The notes under the pieces were generated by a model. The model ran no database searches. It was not told the DNA's origin and saw nothing but the letters and a program-made list of their open reading frames with translations. The position numbers and the translations under genes were made by a program. Of a stretch of 64,000 nt of DNA, positions 28,567 to 40,026 are shown piece by piece (positions within the stretch are counted from its first letter, which is position 1; every line of letters starts with the position of its first letter). This DNA is from an uncultured Candidatus Rokubacteria bacterium (GTDB lineage: Bacteria; Methylomirabilota; Methylomirabilia; Rokubacteriales; CSP1-6): contig CAWBMV010000034.1 of NCBI GenBank assembly GCA_963789955.1, forward strand, positions 224,001 through 288,000, given 5' to 3'.

Positions 28567-29169
28567 TCAGCCCGAGGCGGCGACCGCGCGCGAGGCGTCG
28601 CGCACGACCTGCACCGCCGAGCGACCGAACACCGAGGCGACGAGCAGGCCGATGACGATATCGGGCCACGGCGAGCCCGTGACGGCGACCGCGCCGGCGG
28701 CGACCAGGACGGCCGCGTTGCCGATCACGTCGTTCCGCGAGCAGATCCACGCCGAGCGCATGTTGATGTCGTCGCCGCGCCGGCGCCAGAGAAGCGCCAG
28801 ACACCAGAGGTTCGCGGCGAAGGCGAGCGTGCCGACCACACCCATCACCTCGACGGTCGGCGTGACGCCGCTCGTGATCTTGAACGCCACCTGCACGAGC
28901 AGACCGATGCCGAACGCCGCCATGACGAGTCCCTTGAGCAGCGCGGCGCGCGCCTGCCAGGCGATGCCGCGACCGATGACGTAGAGACTGAAGCCGTAGA
29001 CGATGGCGTCGCCCAGCATGTCGAGGGAATCGGCGAACAGCGCCGTCGAGTGGGCCAGGACGCCGGCCACGGACTCGGTGAGGAACATCACGGCGTTGAT
29101 CAGCAGGACGATCTGGAGTGTTCGCCGCTGCTCACGCGGGATCTCTCGGACCTCACAGCACTCGTCCAT
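28567..29169 (-). CDS. Cation efflux (CDF-like) transporter
   Basis: STALFADSLDMLGD and NMRSAWICSRND motifs; transmembrane helices; N-terminal CC. Confidence 0.88.
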   Translation of the reverse strand: MDECCEVREIPREQRRTLQIVLLINAVMFLTESVAGVLAHSTALFADSLDMLGDAIVYGFSLYVIGRGIAWQARAALLKGLVMAAFGIGLLVQVAFKITSGVTPTVEVMGVVGTLAFAANLWCLALLWRRRGDDINMRSAWICSRNDVIGNAAVLVAAGAVAVTGSPWPDIVIGLLVASVFGRSAVQVVRDASRAVAASG

Positions 29170-29194
29170 GATGTCTCGCGGTGCTTCGAGTGGG

Positions 29195-30616
29195 CTAGCG
29201 GCGACGGCGCGCGGACCGGGGGGCCGCCGCCGACTTCGCCGGCTCTTCCGGCTCGTCGCGCGCCTCGGCGCCGCTGATCTCGGGGAGCGAGGCTTCCTTC
29301 AGCGGCTTGCCGATGTGGTCGCGGATCCACTTCGCGTCCCACCACTCGAGCGGCGTGACCGACGTGCCGTTGACCAGCACCTCGTAGTGGAGGTGATCAC
29401 CCATCGCCAGACCGGTCGAGCCGGTCCGCGCGATCTCCTGACCTTTCTCGACGGCGTCGCCGACCTTCACGGTCGTGCTCGAGAGATGGGCGTAGAGCGT
29501 CTGCAGACCGAGCCCGTGGTCGATCACCACCGCGTTGCCGTAGATCGTGAGCGGCTCGGCGAACACGACCACGCCCTTGTTCGAGGCCGGCACCGGCGAC
29601 TGTCGCGTCGACGCCAGGTCGTACCCGAAATGGATCTGCCGGTCGATCTCTTTGCCGCCGTGCACGTAGCTGCGCGTCTCGGCGAAATTCGCGAACACCT
29701 TGGTGTTGCGCGCCTGCACGAACGGCCCGTGCCAGAGCGGCTTGTCGGCGGTGCTGGCGCCGATCTTCCGCTTGGTCTCCTCGGCCTGACGGCGCAGGTC
29801 GCGGTTGATCATCAAGAATCCGTCGACCAGCGAGTCGGTGGCCGGTCGCTGCGGCAGGAGCTCGGGGACCTTGGCCTGGAGGAACGCGTCCTTGATCTCG
29901 ATGGTGTCCTTCGGGAACTTGCGCGGGCGAATCTCCGCCGGGATCCCGCGCGAGGCGGCGTTGCCGGCCTCGTCGGTCGCGCGGATCTGGATCGGCGTCG
30001 CCGCGTCGTAGTCCCAGGGGAGCGCGATCAGGGCGATGCGCGCCCCCTTGTCGGCCGGGCCGAAGGCGAACGACGGGAAGGCCATCGCGCCAGCCGTGAC
30101 GTCCGTGCGCGAGGCGCCGGAGACGCGGAACGCGACCAGCCCGCTTCCGCCGGGCGAGAGGTAGTGCGTCGCGGCGAGCAGCTCGACCTTCGGCGGCGTG
30201 AGATCGATGGTGACCGGATACCCGGCGATCGCCCGGTCGTCGCGACGGATCGGCCGCCAGAAGGTGTCGCGCGCCCACACCTCGATGGTCGCGCTGCCCT
30301 CGCGGAGCCCGATCGCCGCGCTGTCGACCAGGACCGGGATCTCCACGCGGCGGCCCAGGCCGCTGTCCTTCGCGGCCACGGGCGTTGACTTGCCGGACTG
30401 TTCGATGCGGACCTCGACCCGCGCGACGTTGCCGCGCCGAGCTTCGACGACCACGGTGAACGCAGTCTTCTGGCCGATGAAGCGCGGGGCGGTCGTGAGG
30501 GACTGCACGCCGGGGACTGTCTGCCGCCAGATCAGATACGCGACGGATCCGACGACGGCCACCAGGAGGACCACGACGAGGAGCACCCAGGCCTTCGCGC
30601 GGGACCGCTTGGGCAC
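29195..30616 (-). CDS. M23 family metallopeptidase
   Basis: HFGYDLA, YAHLS and [13 protein letters not shown] motifs; N-terminal transmembrane anchor. Start uncertain. Confidence 0.9.
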   Translation of the reverse strand: MPKRSRAKAWVLLVVVLLVAVVGSVAYLIWRQTVPGVQSLTTAPRFIGQKTAFTVVVEARRGNVARVEVRIEQSGKSTPVAAKDSGLGRRVEIPVLVDSAAIGLREGSATIEVWARDTFWRPIRRDDRAIAGYPVTIDLTPPKVELLAATHYLSPGGSGLVAFRVSGASRTDVTAGAMAFPSFAFGPADKGARIALIALPWDYDAATPIQIRATDEAGNAASRGIPAEIRPRKFPKDTIEIKDAFLQAKVPELLPQRPATDSLVDGFLMINRDLRRQAEETKRKIGASTADKPLWHGPFVQARNTKVFANFAETRSYVHGGKEIDRQIHFGYDLASTRQSPVPASNKGVVVFAEPLTIYGNAVVIDHGLGLQTLYAHLSSTTVKVGDAVEKGQEIARTGSTGLAMGDHLHYEVLVNGTSVTPLEWWDAKWIRDHIGKPLKEASLPEISGAEARDEPEEPAKSAAAPRSARRRR

Positions 30617-30668
30617 GAAGCGGATGATACCATGCCGACCCGTCACGAACCTCGGAGGTGATCGCGCG

Positions 30669-31007
30669 ATGAGCCCTTTCCTGGTGGTCACGTCGGTGGC
30701 GCTGTTCGTGCTGGCGGGACTGTGCGAGATCGGCGGCGGATATCTCGTGTGGCTGTGGCTCCGCGAGGGGCGGAGCGCGCTCCTGGGGGTGCTCGGCGGC
30801 GCGATTCTCTTCGTCTACGGTGTGGTGCCGACGCTCCAGCCGGCACCGTTCGGCCGCGTCTACGCGGCATACGGCGGAGTGTTCGTCGTCCTCTCGCTTT
30901 TATGGGGCAGTGTCGTCGCGCGCGAGGCGCCCGATCGCTTCGATGTGATCGGCGGGCTCCTGTGTCTCGCGGGTGTCTCGGTCATCATGTACGCGCCGCG
31001 GAGCTGA
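30669..31007 (+). CDS. ynfA: YnfA (UPF0060) family membrane protein
   Basis: [13 protein letters not shown] and [12 protein letters not shown] motifs. Confidence 0.9.
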   Translation: MSPFLVVTSVALFVLAGLCEIGGGYLVWLWLREGRSALLGVLGGAILFVYGVVPTLQPAPFGRVYAAYGGVFVVLSLLWGSVVAREAPDRFDVIGGLLCLAGVSVIMYAPRS

Positions 31008-31025
31008 CGTCGCGGACCACTGTTC

Positions 31026-31055
31026 TTGACACCCAAGGTGGGCGCTCGCTAGCAT
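31026..31055 (+). promoter_or_regulatory. Sigma70-type promoter of nuoL (probably leaderless)
   Basis: TTGACA (31026-31031), 18-nt spacer, TAGCAT (31050-31055); GTG start at 31062 with no RBS. Confidence 0.6.
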
Positions 31056-31061
31056 GACCCG

Positions 31062-32936
31062 GTGCCGACCTCCCTCTGGCTGATCCCCCTCTTTCCGCTC
31101 GTCGGCGCGCTGCTCAACATGATCTTCGGCCGGTTCATCGGCCGTCACGCGCACTGGATCGCGGTGCCGGCGCTGGCCGGCTCGTTCATCGCCTCGTGCG
31201 TGCTGTTCTCGCGCGTCACCTCCGGTGAGGCGTTCACCGCGACGCTTTTCCGCTGGGTCGGCGCGGGCGACTTCGAGACGTCGGTGGCCGCGTACGTCGA
31301 CCCGCTCACCGGCATCATGCTGCTGGTCGTGACGGGCGTCGGCATGCTCATTCATCTGTACTCGATCGGCTACATGCACGACGACCCGGGTTACCCGCGG
31401 TACTTCGCCTACCTGAACCTCTTCGTGTTCTCGATGACGATGCTGGTGCTCGCCGGCAACTTCCTGCTGCTCTACGTCTTCTGGGAGGCGGTCGGTCTCT
31501 GCTCGTACCTCCTGATCGGCTTCTGGTACACGCGGCCGGCGGCGTCGCAGGCGGGCAAGAAGGCGTTCATCGTCAACCGCGTCGGCGACTTCGGCTTCGG
31601 GCTCGGCATCATGTGGCTGTGGAGCGCGGTCGGCACGCTCGACTACGACGCGGCGTTCGCGGCGATCGGCGGCCTGCCGCCGAGCACCGCGACCGGCATC
31701 GCGCTGCTCCTGTTCATGGGCGCCTGCGGCAAGTCGGCGCAGCTGCCGCTGCACACGTGGCTGCCCGACGCGATGGAAGGACCGACGCCGGTGTCGGCGC
31801 TCATTCACGCGGCGACGATGGTGACGGCCGGGGTCTACATGGTCGCGCGCAGCCGCGTGATCTTCGAGCACTCGCCGGTCGCGCTCGAGGTGGTCGCGTG
31901 GATCGGCGTGGCCACCGCGCTCTTCGCGGCCTCGATCGGTCTCGTGCAGACCGACATCAAGCGCGTGCTCGCGTACTCCACGGTGAGCCAGCTCGGCTAC
32001 ATGTTCGCCGCGGTCGGCGTGGGCGCGTACGCCGCCGGCATCTTTCATCTGGTCACCCACGCCTTCTTCAAGGCGCTCCTGTTCCTCGGCGCCGGTAGCG
32101 TCATCCACGGCCTCGGCGGCGAGCAGGATCTGAGGAAGATGGGCGGTCTTTCGTCTCGGATGGTCGCGACGACGATCACCACGACGATCGGCGGGCTCGG
32201 ACTCGCCGGCATGCCGGGGCTCGCCGGCTTCTTCTCGAAGGACGAAATCCTGGCGGCCGCCTACGGCAGCGGCCACAAGGGGATCTGGGCGCTCCTGCTG
32301 CTGGGCGCCTTTCTGACGTCGTTCTATACCGCCCGGATGCTGTTCCTGGCCTTCTACAGCGGCCCGCGGATGAGCAAGGAAGCGGCCCACCACGTCCACG
32401 AGTCGCCCGGGGTGATGACCTTCCCCCTCTGGATCCTGGCGCTGCTGACGGTGATCACCGGCATCGCGTTCGGCATTCCGTCCGATCACGGGACGCGGTT
32501 CGAGCGGTTCCTGGCGCCGGTGTTCCCGATTCACGAGAGTGGGCACAGCGGCGCGGTCGCGCTGATGCTGCTCGTCTCCGCGGTCGCGGTGTTCGTGGCC
32601 GGCGTCATGGTCGCGTGGTTCATGTACATGGCCACGGCCGTGCGGCCCGACACGATCGGGCGGCCGCGGACGCCGATCCACGCGCTCCTGCTCAACGCCT
32701 ACTACGTCGACGCGATCTACGATCGCGCGATCGTGCGCCCGCTGCTGGCGCTCTCCCGATTCCTGGCCGACGTCTTCGACGTGCGACTGATCGACGGGCT
32801 CGTCAATCTGCTGGGCCGCGCGGTCGTCGCCAGCGCCTCGGGGCTCCGTCGGCTCCAGACCGGCTATACCGTCAACTACGCGCTGACGATGCTGGCCGGC
32901 GCGGTCGCCATCGTGGCGTTCCTGCTCGCGCGATGA
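31062..32936 (+). CDS. nuoL: NADH-quinone oxidoreductase subunit L
   Basis: GKSAQLPLHTWLPDAMEGPTPVSALIHAATMV and THAFFKALLFL motifs. Confidence 0.95.
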   Translation: MPTSLWLIPLFPLVGALLNMIFGRFIGRHAHWIAVPALAGSFIASCVLFSRVTSGEAFTATLFRWVGAGDFETSVAAYVDPLTGIMLLVVTGVGMLIHLYSIGYMHDDPGYPRYFAYLNLFVFSMTMLVLAGNFLLLYVFWEAVGLCSYLLIGFWYTRPAASQAGKKAFIVNRVGDFGFGLGIMWLWSAVGTLDYDAAFAAIGGLPPSTATGIALLLFMGACGKSAQLPLHTWLPDAMEGPTPVSALIHAATMVTAGVYMVARSRVIFEHSPVALEVVAWIGVATALFAASIGLVQTDIKRVLAYSTVSQLGYMFAAVGVGAYAAGIFHLVTHAFFKALLFLGAGSVIHGLGGEQDLRKMGGLSSRMVATTITTTIGGLGLAGMPGLAGFFSKDEILAAAYGSGHKGIWALLLLGAFLTSFYTARMLFLAFYSGPRMSKEAAHHVHESPGVMTFPLWILALLTVITGIAFGIPSDHGTRFERFLAPVFPIHESGHSGAVALMLLVSAVAVFVAGVMVAWFMYMATAVRPDTIGRPRTPIHALLLNAYYVDAIYDRAIVRPLLALSRFLADVFDVRLIDGLVNLLGRAVVASASGLRRLQTGYTVNYALTMLAGAVAIVAFLLAR

Positions 32937-34437
32937 CCGCGCTCCCGCTCGTCTCGGTCGTCACGTTTCTTCCGGCTCTCGCCGGGCTCGTCCTGCTGCT
33001 GGTGCCGCGGCTCTCTGCCGGCGTGCTGCGCGCCGTCTCGCTGGCGGCGGCCGTGATCACGTTCGTGCTGTCGCTCCCGCTCTACTTCGGCTTCGACGCC
33101 GAGATCATCGGCTATCAGTTCGAGGAGTCCCGGCGCTGGATGCCGACGCTCGGGGTGACCTACCACGTGGGGGTCGACGGCATCAGTCTCCTGCTGGTGC
33201 TCCTGACGACCTTCCTGATGCCGCTGGCGCTGGCGTCGGCGTGGGGCTCCATCGAGGACCGGGTCAAAGAGTTCGTGGCGACGATGCTGATTCTCGAGAC
33301 CGGGATGCTCGGCGTCTTCGTGAGCCTCGACCTCTTCCTCTTCTATGTCTTCTGGGAGGCGATGCTGATCCCGATGTACTTCGTCATCGGGGTCTGGGGC
33401 GGACCGAATCGGATCTATGCGGCGGTGAAGTTCGTGCTGTACACGATGGTCGGCTCTGTCCTGATGCTGGTCGCGATCCTGGCCCTCTACTATCAGTACG
33501 GCGCCGCGACCGGACGGTACACGTTCGACCTGCCGCTGCTCGCGCAGTACGTGATGGCGCCCGGCCGCGCCCAGAACCTCATGTTCCTGGCCTTCGCCCT
33601 GGCCTTCGCGATCAAGGTGCCGCTGTTTCCGTTCCACACCTGGCTGCCCGACGCCCACGTCGAGGCGCCGACCGCCGGCAGCGTGATCCTGGCCGGCGTC
33701 CTCTTGAAGATGGGAACGTACGGCTTCCTGCGTTTCTGCCTGCCGCTGTTCCCGGACGCGAGCCTCCGGTTCGGGCCGCTGGTCTTCACGCTCGCGGTGA
33801 TCGGCGTGATCTACGGCGCGTGGGTGTCGACGGTCCAGCCCGACATGAAGAAGCTCGTGGCCTACTCGAGCGTGAGCCATCTGGGCTTCGTGATGCTCGG
33901 CATCTTCACGCTCAACCAGCAGGGGCTCGTGGGCGGCCTCTCCAGATGGTGAACCACGGGCTCTCGACCGGCGCGCTCTTCCTGATGGTCGGGATGATCT
34001 ACGAGCGGCGCCACTCGCGGCTCATCGCCGACTTCGGCGGCCTCTGGCAAGTCATCCCGGCCTTTTCGGCGCTGTTCCTGGTCGTCACGCTGTCGTCGCT
34101 CGGACTGCCCGGGTTGAACGGATTCGTCGGCGAGTTCTTGATCTTGCTCGGCGCCTTCCAGCGCAACCCGTGGATGGCGGCGCTGGCGACCACCGGGATC
34201 ATCTTCGCCGCGGTCTACATGCTCTGGATGTATCAGCGCGTGGTGTTCGGCGAGGTCACGCGAGACGCGAACCGACGGCTCGCCGACCTCACGACGCGTG
34301 AGTGGGCGCTGCTCGTGCCGGTCCTGGCGCTCATCGTGTGGATCGGCGTCTACCCGGCGGCCTTCACCGGCAAGACGGAGACCACGATCGAGGCGCTGAT
34401 CTCCCAGATCCAGAGCAAGACCGCCGCGAATCGCTGA
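32933..34437 (+). CDS. nuoM: NADH-quinone oxidoreductase subunit M; frameshift near 33945
   Basis: KVPLFPFHTWLPDAHVEAP in the first frame; MVNHGL and GLPGLNGFVGEF in the second. Confidence 0.93.
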
Positions 34438-34439
34438 CC

Positions 34440-35895
34440 ATGGATACCATCGTCCTCCCGCCAGTCCTCCTCGGTCCGCTGGCGCCCACCCTGGTGGTGC
34501 TGGCCGCCGGCGCGCTCGTCCTGGCGCTCGACCTCCTGCCGCGCGCGCTTCCGCGCGAGTTCCCGGCGATGGTCGCGCTCGCGGGGATGGTCGGGGCGCT
34601 CCTGGCGACCCTGGCGCGCTGGAGCTCGCCGGGCCGCGCGTTCCGCGACATGGTCGTGCTCGACAACTTCGCGCTCTTTTTCAACATCATCATCTGCTAC
34701 GCCGGCGCGCTCATCGTGCTGCTCTCGATGGACTACCTGCGGCGCGACCGGCGCCGAGTCCGGCGAGTACTGGGCGCTCGTGCTGTTCTCGACCGCGGGC
34801 ATGATGCTGCTCGCCGCCGCCGGCGATCTGATCGTCGTGTTCCTGGCCCTCGAGCTCATGTCGCTCTCGCTCTACGTGCTGGCGGGGCTCTTCAAGCGTG
34901 AGCTGTCCTCGGGCGAGGCGGCGATGAAGTATTTCCTGCTGGGCGCGTTCGCCTCGTCGTTCCTGCTCTACGGCATCGCGCTGATCTACGGCGCCACCGG
35001 GACGACGAACCTCGACCGCATCGCCGCGGCCATCGCCTCGCGGCCGCGCGATCCGCTGTTCGTCATCGGGCTCGGCCTCATGATGGTGGGCTTCGGGTTC
35101 AAGATCTCCTCGGTCCCGTTTCACATGTGGGTGCCCGACGTCTACCAGGGCGCGCCGACGAGCGTGACCGCGCTGATCGCGACCGGTTCGAAGGCCGGCG
35201 CCTTCGCGGCGCTGATCCGGGTGCTGACGGTGACCCTGCGCGGCGTGCCGCCCGACTGGGCGGCGCTGCTCTGGGTGATGGCGGCCGTCACGATGACGGT
35301 CGGCAACATCGTGGCGCTCGCCCAGTCGAACCTCAAGCGGATGCTCGCCTACTCGTCGATCGCGCACGTCGGCTACATGCTGGTCGGCCTGGTCGCGGGG
35401 GGCGTGGGCGGCGCGAGCTCGGTGCTCTTCTATCTGCTGACCTACACCTTCACGACCGCCGGCGCCTTCGGGGTCATCACGCTCTGCGAGCGCGCGCGCG
35501 GCGAGGCGGTCGAGGTCGCCGACTACGCCGGGCTCGCGCGGCGCCATCCGCTGCTGGCGGCGGCGCTCGGCCTCTTCCTGCTCTCGCTGGTCGGCATTCC
35601 CCCGCTGGCCGGGTTCGTCGGAAAGTTCTACGTGTTCGGCGCCGCCGTGCGCGCGGGCTATTTCTGGCTCGCGGTCATCGGCGTGCTCAACTCGGCGGCG
35701 GCGGCCTACTATTACCTCCGGATCATCGTCTACATGTACATGCGCGAGCCCGAGGGAACCGCGACCACCTACGCCTCGTCGTTCGCGGGCGGCCTCGCGC
35801 TGGCCATCGCGCTGCTCGCGATCGTGATCCTCGGCGTGATCCCGGCTCCCTTCGTCGACTTGGCCCAGGCCGCCGTCGCCCCGTTGCTCCGCTGA
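34440..35895 (+). CDS. nuoN: NADH-quinone oxidoreductase subunit N; frameshift near 34745
   Basis: EAAMKYF, PFHMWVPDVYQGAP and KRMLAYSSIAH motifs. Confidence 0.93.
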
Positions 35896-35908
35896 CCTGA
35901 GCATCGAA

Positions 35909-36695
35909 GTGCCGAGCTTCGCACTGGCGCAGCGCGGCTGGCTCTTCGATCTCGACGGCACGGTCTATCGCGGTGAAACGCTGATTCCCGGCGCCGACAC
36001 GACGATCGCCGCGCTCCGCGCGGCCGGGCGCCGCGTCGCCTTTCTCTCCAACAAGCCGCTCCAGACCCGCGCCGACTACGCCCAGAAGCTCACGCGCCTG
36101 GGCATCCCGACGCGGGAGGAGGACGTCGTCAACTCGTCGCTCGTGCTGGCGCGCCACCTGGCGCGCCTCGACGCGCGGGCGCCCGTGTTCGTCATCGGGG
36201 AGCCGCCCCTGGTCGCCGAGCTCGCGCGCCCACGGCTTCGAGGTGCGCGGCGACCATCGCGTCCGCTGGGTCGTGATCGCGTTCGATCGCACCTTCGACT
36301 ACGCGAAGCTGAACACGGCGCTGCAGGCCGTACGGCACGGCGCCCGGCTGATCGCGACGAATCCTGACCGGACGTGCCCCACCGAGGACGGCGAGATTCC
36401 CGACTGCGCGGGCATGACGGCCGCCGTCGAGGCGGTGACCGGGCACACGGTCGAGGTCATCGTCGGCAAGCCTTCGCCGATCATCCTCGAGGTCGCGCTC
36501 GAGCGGCTGGGCGTCGAGGCGCGCGAGTGCGTGATCGTCGGCGACCGGATCGAGACCGATATCGTCATGGGCAAGCGGCTCGGCCTGGCCACGGTGCTGG
36601 TGCTCACCGGCATCACCGCGGCGGGCGACGCGCGCATCGCCGACACGGCGCCCGACCTCGTCGTCCCGTCGATCCGGGACCTCGTCACGTCATAG
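35909..36695 (+). CDS. HAD-IIA (NagD-like) phosphatase; frameshift near 36230
   Basis: FDLDGTVY, FLSN, ATNPD, VGKP and VGDRIETDI motifs. Confidence 0.9.
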
Positions 36696-36699
36696 CCCT

Positions 36700-36749
36700 A
36701 CCTCGGCCGGCGGGGCCCAGCCCCGCGACGGCCTGCCGACGCGAACGAC
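36700..36749 (-). repeat. Dispersed REP-like repeat, copy B (inverted)
   Basis: CCTCGGCCGGCGGGGCCCAGCCCCGCGAC is the reverse complement of the core, with one base fewer. Confidence 0.85.
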
Positions 36750-36859
36750 TCGTTGGTCGTCGCGCCTCGGCCGGCGAGCTACGATGGTTGACGGCTGTCG
36801 TGGCCGGGCAGTACGGTGATGACTGGCGCCGCTCGGGTGGCGCCCGAGGGAGCGAGCGA

Positions 36860-38497
36860 TTGATCAAAACGGTGCAGGGACGTCCCTGGCCGCTCGAGGA
36901 CGCGGAGTACGACGTCGTCATCGTCGGCGGCGGGATGGCCGGCGCCGGCGTCGCGCGCGAGCTGGCGCTGCGCGGCGTGTCGGTCGCCCTCGTCGAGAAG
37001 GGCGACTTCGCCTCGGCGACGACCTCGCAGTCCTCGAAGCTCATCCACGGCGGACTCCGCTACCTCGAGCTGTTCGACTTCGGCCTCGTGCGCGAGTCGC
37101 TCCGGGAGCGCGAGACCTTGCGGCGCCTGGCGCCCCATCTCGTACGGCCGCTGCCGTTCCTGGTGCCGATCTACCGCGATTCGTCGCGGAGCCTGATCAA
37201 GGTCCGCATCGGGCTGAAGCTCTACGACTGGCTCACGCCCGGTCGCACGCGCGAGCGCTATCGGGTTCTGCCCGCGGTCGACGCGCTCTCGCTCGAGCCG
37301 GCGCTGCGGGCCGGCAACCTTCGCGGCGCCGGCTACTACTTCGACGACCTGCTGATTTTCCCCGAGCGCCTCTGCCTCGAGAACATCCTCTCGGCCTGCC
37401 GCCTCGGCGCGCGGGCGTTCAACTACACGCAGGTGGCCGAGATCGTGCGGGACAAGCGCGGCGCGATCACCGGCGTCCGCGCGCGTGATCTGCTGACCGG
37501 CAAGGTCGCGACCCTGGGCGCGCGGGTCGTGGTCAATGCGACCGGACCCTGGGTGGACGAGCTCCGCGCGGCGGCCGGGGTGTCCGAGCGAGGCCCGCAG
37601 ATTCTCCGGCGGACGAAGGGCATCCACTGTCTCCTGCCGCGGCTCACCGATCGCGCGATCTATCACTCGACCCGCGACGACCGCATGATCTTCGTGATCC
37701 CGTGGCGCGAGTTCTCGCTGATCGGCGCGACCGACACCGACTTCAACGGGGACCTCGAGCGCCTGCACGCGACCGGCGACGAGGTCGCGTACCTCCTGGG
37801 CGAGGTGCGCAAGGTCCTGCCCGACCCGCGCGTCGTCCTGGACGAGGTCGTCTACACCTACGCCGGCGTGCGGCCGCTCTCGTTCGAGAAGGGCAAGCGT
37901 GAATCGGACGTCTCGCGCGCGCACAAGGTCGTGGCCGAGGAGCGCGGGCGCTTCCTGTCGATCACCGGCACCAAGCTCACGTGCTTCCGGAGCCTCGCGG
38001 AGGAGCTGGGCGACCAGGTCCTGGCCACCCTCGGCCGTCGCGCCGCGAGCCGGAGCGACCGGATCGCGCTCGACGGCACCGACGACGAGGCGCCGCGGAC
38101 CGAGGCGCACGCCTGGCTCGACGTGTCCGGCGAGGTCGCGGCCACCGGACTCGGCCGTGCCACGCTCGAGACCCTCGTGTCGACGTACGGCCGCGGCTGG
38201 ACGCGCGTGCTCGCGCTCGCCGGCAAGGTGGCCGGCGGCACCGAGCGGCTGTGCCCCTCGAACCCCGACATCGTGGCCGAGCTGCACCACGCGGTGCAGG
38301 ACGAGATGGCGGTCTCGCTGCAAGACGTGATGCTGCGGCGCACGGGCGTCGGCACCAGCCGCTGCCAGGGTGAGGACTGCGCGGAGTCGATCGGGCAGCG
38401 CATGGCCCAGCTCCTCGGCTGGACGCCGCGCCGGCTCGACGCGGAGCTCGAGGCCTATCACGCACACGTCGCGCGCTCGCACAAGTTCCGGACGTAG
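36860..38497 (+). CDS. glpD: Glycerol-3-phosphate dehydrogenase/oxidase (FAD-dependent)
   Basis: VGGGMAG, SSKLIHGGLRYLE, NATGPWVD and YAGVRPL motifs; start is TTG 36860 or GTG 36872. Confidence 0.9.
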   Translation: MIKTVQGRPWPLEDAEYDVVIVGGGMAGAGVARELALRGVSVALVEKGDFASATTSQSSKLIHGGLRYLELFDFGLVRESLRERETLRRLAPHLVRPLPFLVPIYRDSSRSLIKVRIGLKLYDWLTPGRTRERYRVLPAVDALSLEPALRAGNLRGAGYYFDDLLIFPERLCLENILSACRLGARAFNYTQVAEIVRDKRGAITGVRARDLLTGKVATLGARVVVNATGPWVDELRAAAGVSERGPQILRRTKGIHCLLPRLTDRAIYHSTRDDRMIFVIPWREFSLIGATDTDFNGDLERLHATGDEVAYLLGEVRKVLPDPRVVLDEVVYTYAGVRPLSFEKGKRESDVSRAHKVVAEERGRFLSITGTKLTCFRSLAEELGDQVLATLGRRAASRSDRIALDGTDDEAPRTEAHAWLDVSGEVAATGLGRATLETLVSTYGRGWTRVLALAGKVAGGTERLCPSNPDIVAELHHAVQDEMAVSLQDVMLRRTGVGTSRCQGEDCAESIGQRMAQLLGWTPRRLDAELEAYHAHVARSHKFRT

Positions 38498-38499
38498 TG

Positions 38500-38556
38500 G
38501 TCGTGCGCGCCGCACGGTCGTCGCGGGGCTGGGGCCCCGCCGGCCGAGGCGCGCTT
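38500..38556 (+). repeat. Dispersed REP-like repeat, copy C
   Basis: TCGCGGGGCTGGGGCCCCGCCGGCCGAGGCGCGC right after the glpD stop. Confidence 0.88.
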
Positions 38557-38619
38557 CTAAGTTGCCGTGCTCGCCTCTCAACCGTCATCGCGGCGTCACC
38601 GAGCCGTCGCGACCGCGTG

Positions 38620-38628
38620 TGCTATAGT
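38620..38628 (+). promoter_or_regulatory. Extended -10 promoter element upstream of ugpB
   Basis: TGCTATAGT about 75 nt upstream of ATG 38704. Confidence 0.5.
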
Positions 38629-38703
38629 GCGGCGCACCTGGCACGGATGATTCCCCGCACGAAGCGCGCCGGCTCAACTCGACGGACAACAATGGAGGCT
38701 CTC

Positions 38704-40013
38704 ATGAAGCCCTCGATCTTGCGCGTGCTCGTCGCGACGGTGCTCCTCGTCGCGCTACCGGCCTCGGCGATCGCCGCGACCGAGATCCAGTTCTGGCACG
38801 CGATGACGGCGGTGCTCGGCGAGCGGGTCAACGACATCGCCGCCAAGTTCAACGCCTCGCAGAGCGAGTACGTCGTGAAGGCGGTCCACAAGGGCTCGTA
38901 CCCGGAGACGCTCAACGCCGCGGTCGCCGCCTATCGGGCCAAGCAGCCGCCGCACATCGTCCAGGTGTACGAGGTCGGTACGCAGACGATGCTGTCGTCG
39001 GGCGCGGTGTATCCCGGTGTACCAGCTCATGAAGGACAACGGGATCGCGATCGACTGGAACGATCTGATCGGACCGGTGAAGAGCTACTACTCGACCGGC
39101 GGCAACCTCTACTCGATGGCGTTCAACTCGTCGACGCCGATCCTCTTCTACAACAAGGATCTCTTCAAGAAGGCGGGCCTCGCCGACAAGGCGCCGACGA
39201 CCTGGGACGAGGTCGAGGGGATGGCGAAGAAGCTCCAGGCCGCCGGAGTGAAGTGCGCGTTCAGCTCGGCGTGGCCGTCGTGGGTGCTGGTCGAGAACAT
39301 GCACGGCTATCACGATCAGCCCTTCGCCGATCACAGCAACGGCTTCGACGGTCTGGCGACCACGCTCAAGATCAACGGCCCGTTCGGCGTCAAGATGATG
39401 GAGCTCCTGGCGCGCGGCGCCAAGGAAGGCTGGTTCATGTACGGCGGGCGGGCTCAACAAGGCCGAGGCGCTCATGACCGCCGGTGAGTGCGGGATCTTC
39501 ACCACGTCGTCGGCCTACATCGGCAACCTCACGCGCGCCGCGGAGGGCAAGTTCGCGTGGGGCACCGGGTTCCTGCCGCGCCTGGCCGGCTACCCGCAGG
39601 GCAACTCGATCATCGGCGGCGCCACGCTCTGGGTCATGAAGGGCGCCAAGCCCGAGGAGTACAAGGGCGTCGCGCAGTTCTTCAAGTACCTCGCCTCGAC
39701 CGAGAACCAGGCGTGGTGGGCGGGCGTGACGGGCTACTTGCCGCTCACCAACGCCGCGGCCAAGGCGATGGAGGCCTCGGGCCACTACGCGAAGAACCCG
39801 AACCAGAAGACCGCCGTGAACCAGATGAACTCCGGCAAGACGACGCCGAACAGCCAGGGGATCCGGCTCGGGAACTTCAACTCGGTCCGCGACGCGATCG
39901 AGGAGCAGATGGAGTACATCTTCAGCGGCAACAAGACGGCCAAGCAGGGCCTCGACGACGCGGTGGCGAAGGGAAACGAGATCCTGAAGGAGTTCGCGGC
40001 CCTCTACAAGTAG
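38704..40013 (+). CDS. ugpB: sn-glycerol-3-phosphate ABC transporter substrate-binding protein; frameshifts near 39013 and 39452
   Basis: EIQFWHAM, PHIVQVYEVGT, FNSSTPILFYNKD, NSIIGGATLWV and GIRLGN across three frames. Confidence 0.9.
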
Positions 40014-40026
40014 TCGGCTCCGGCGG

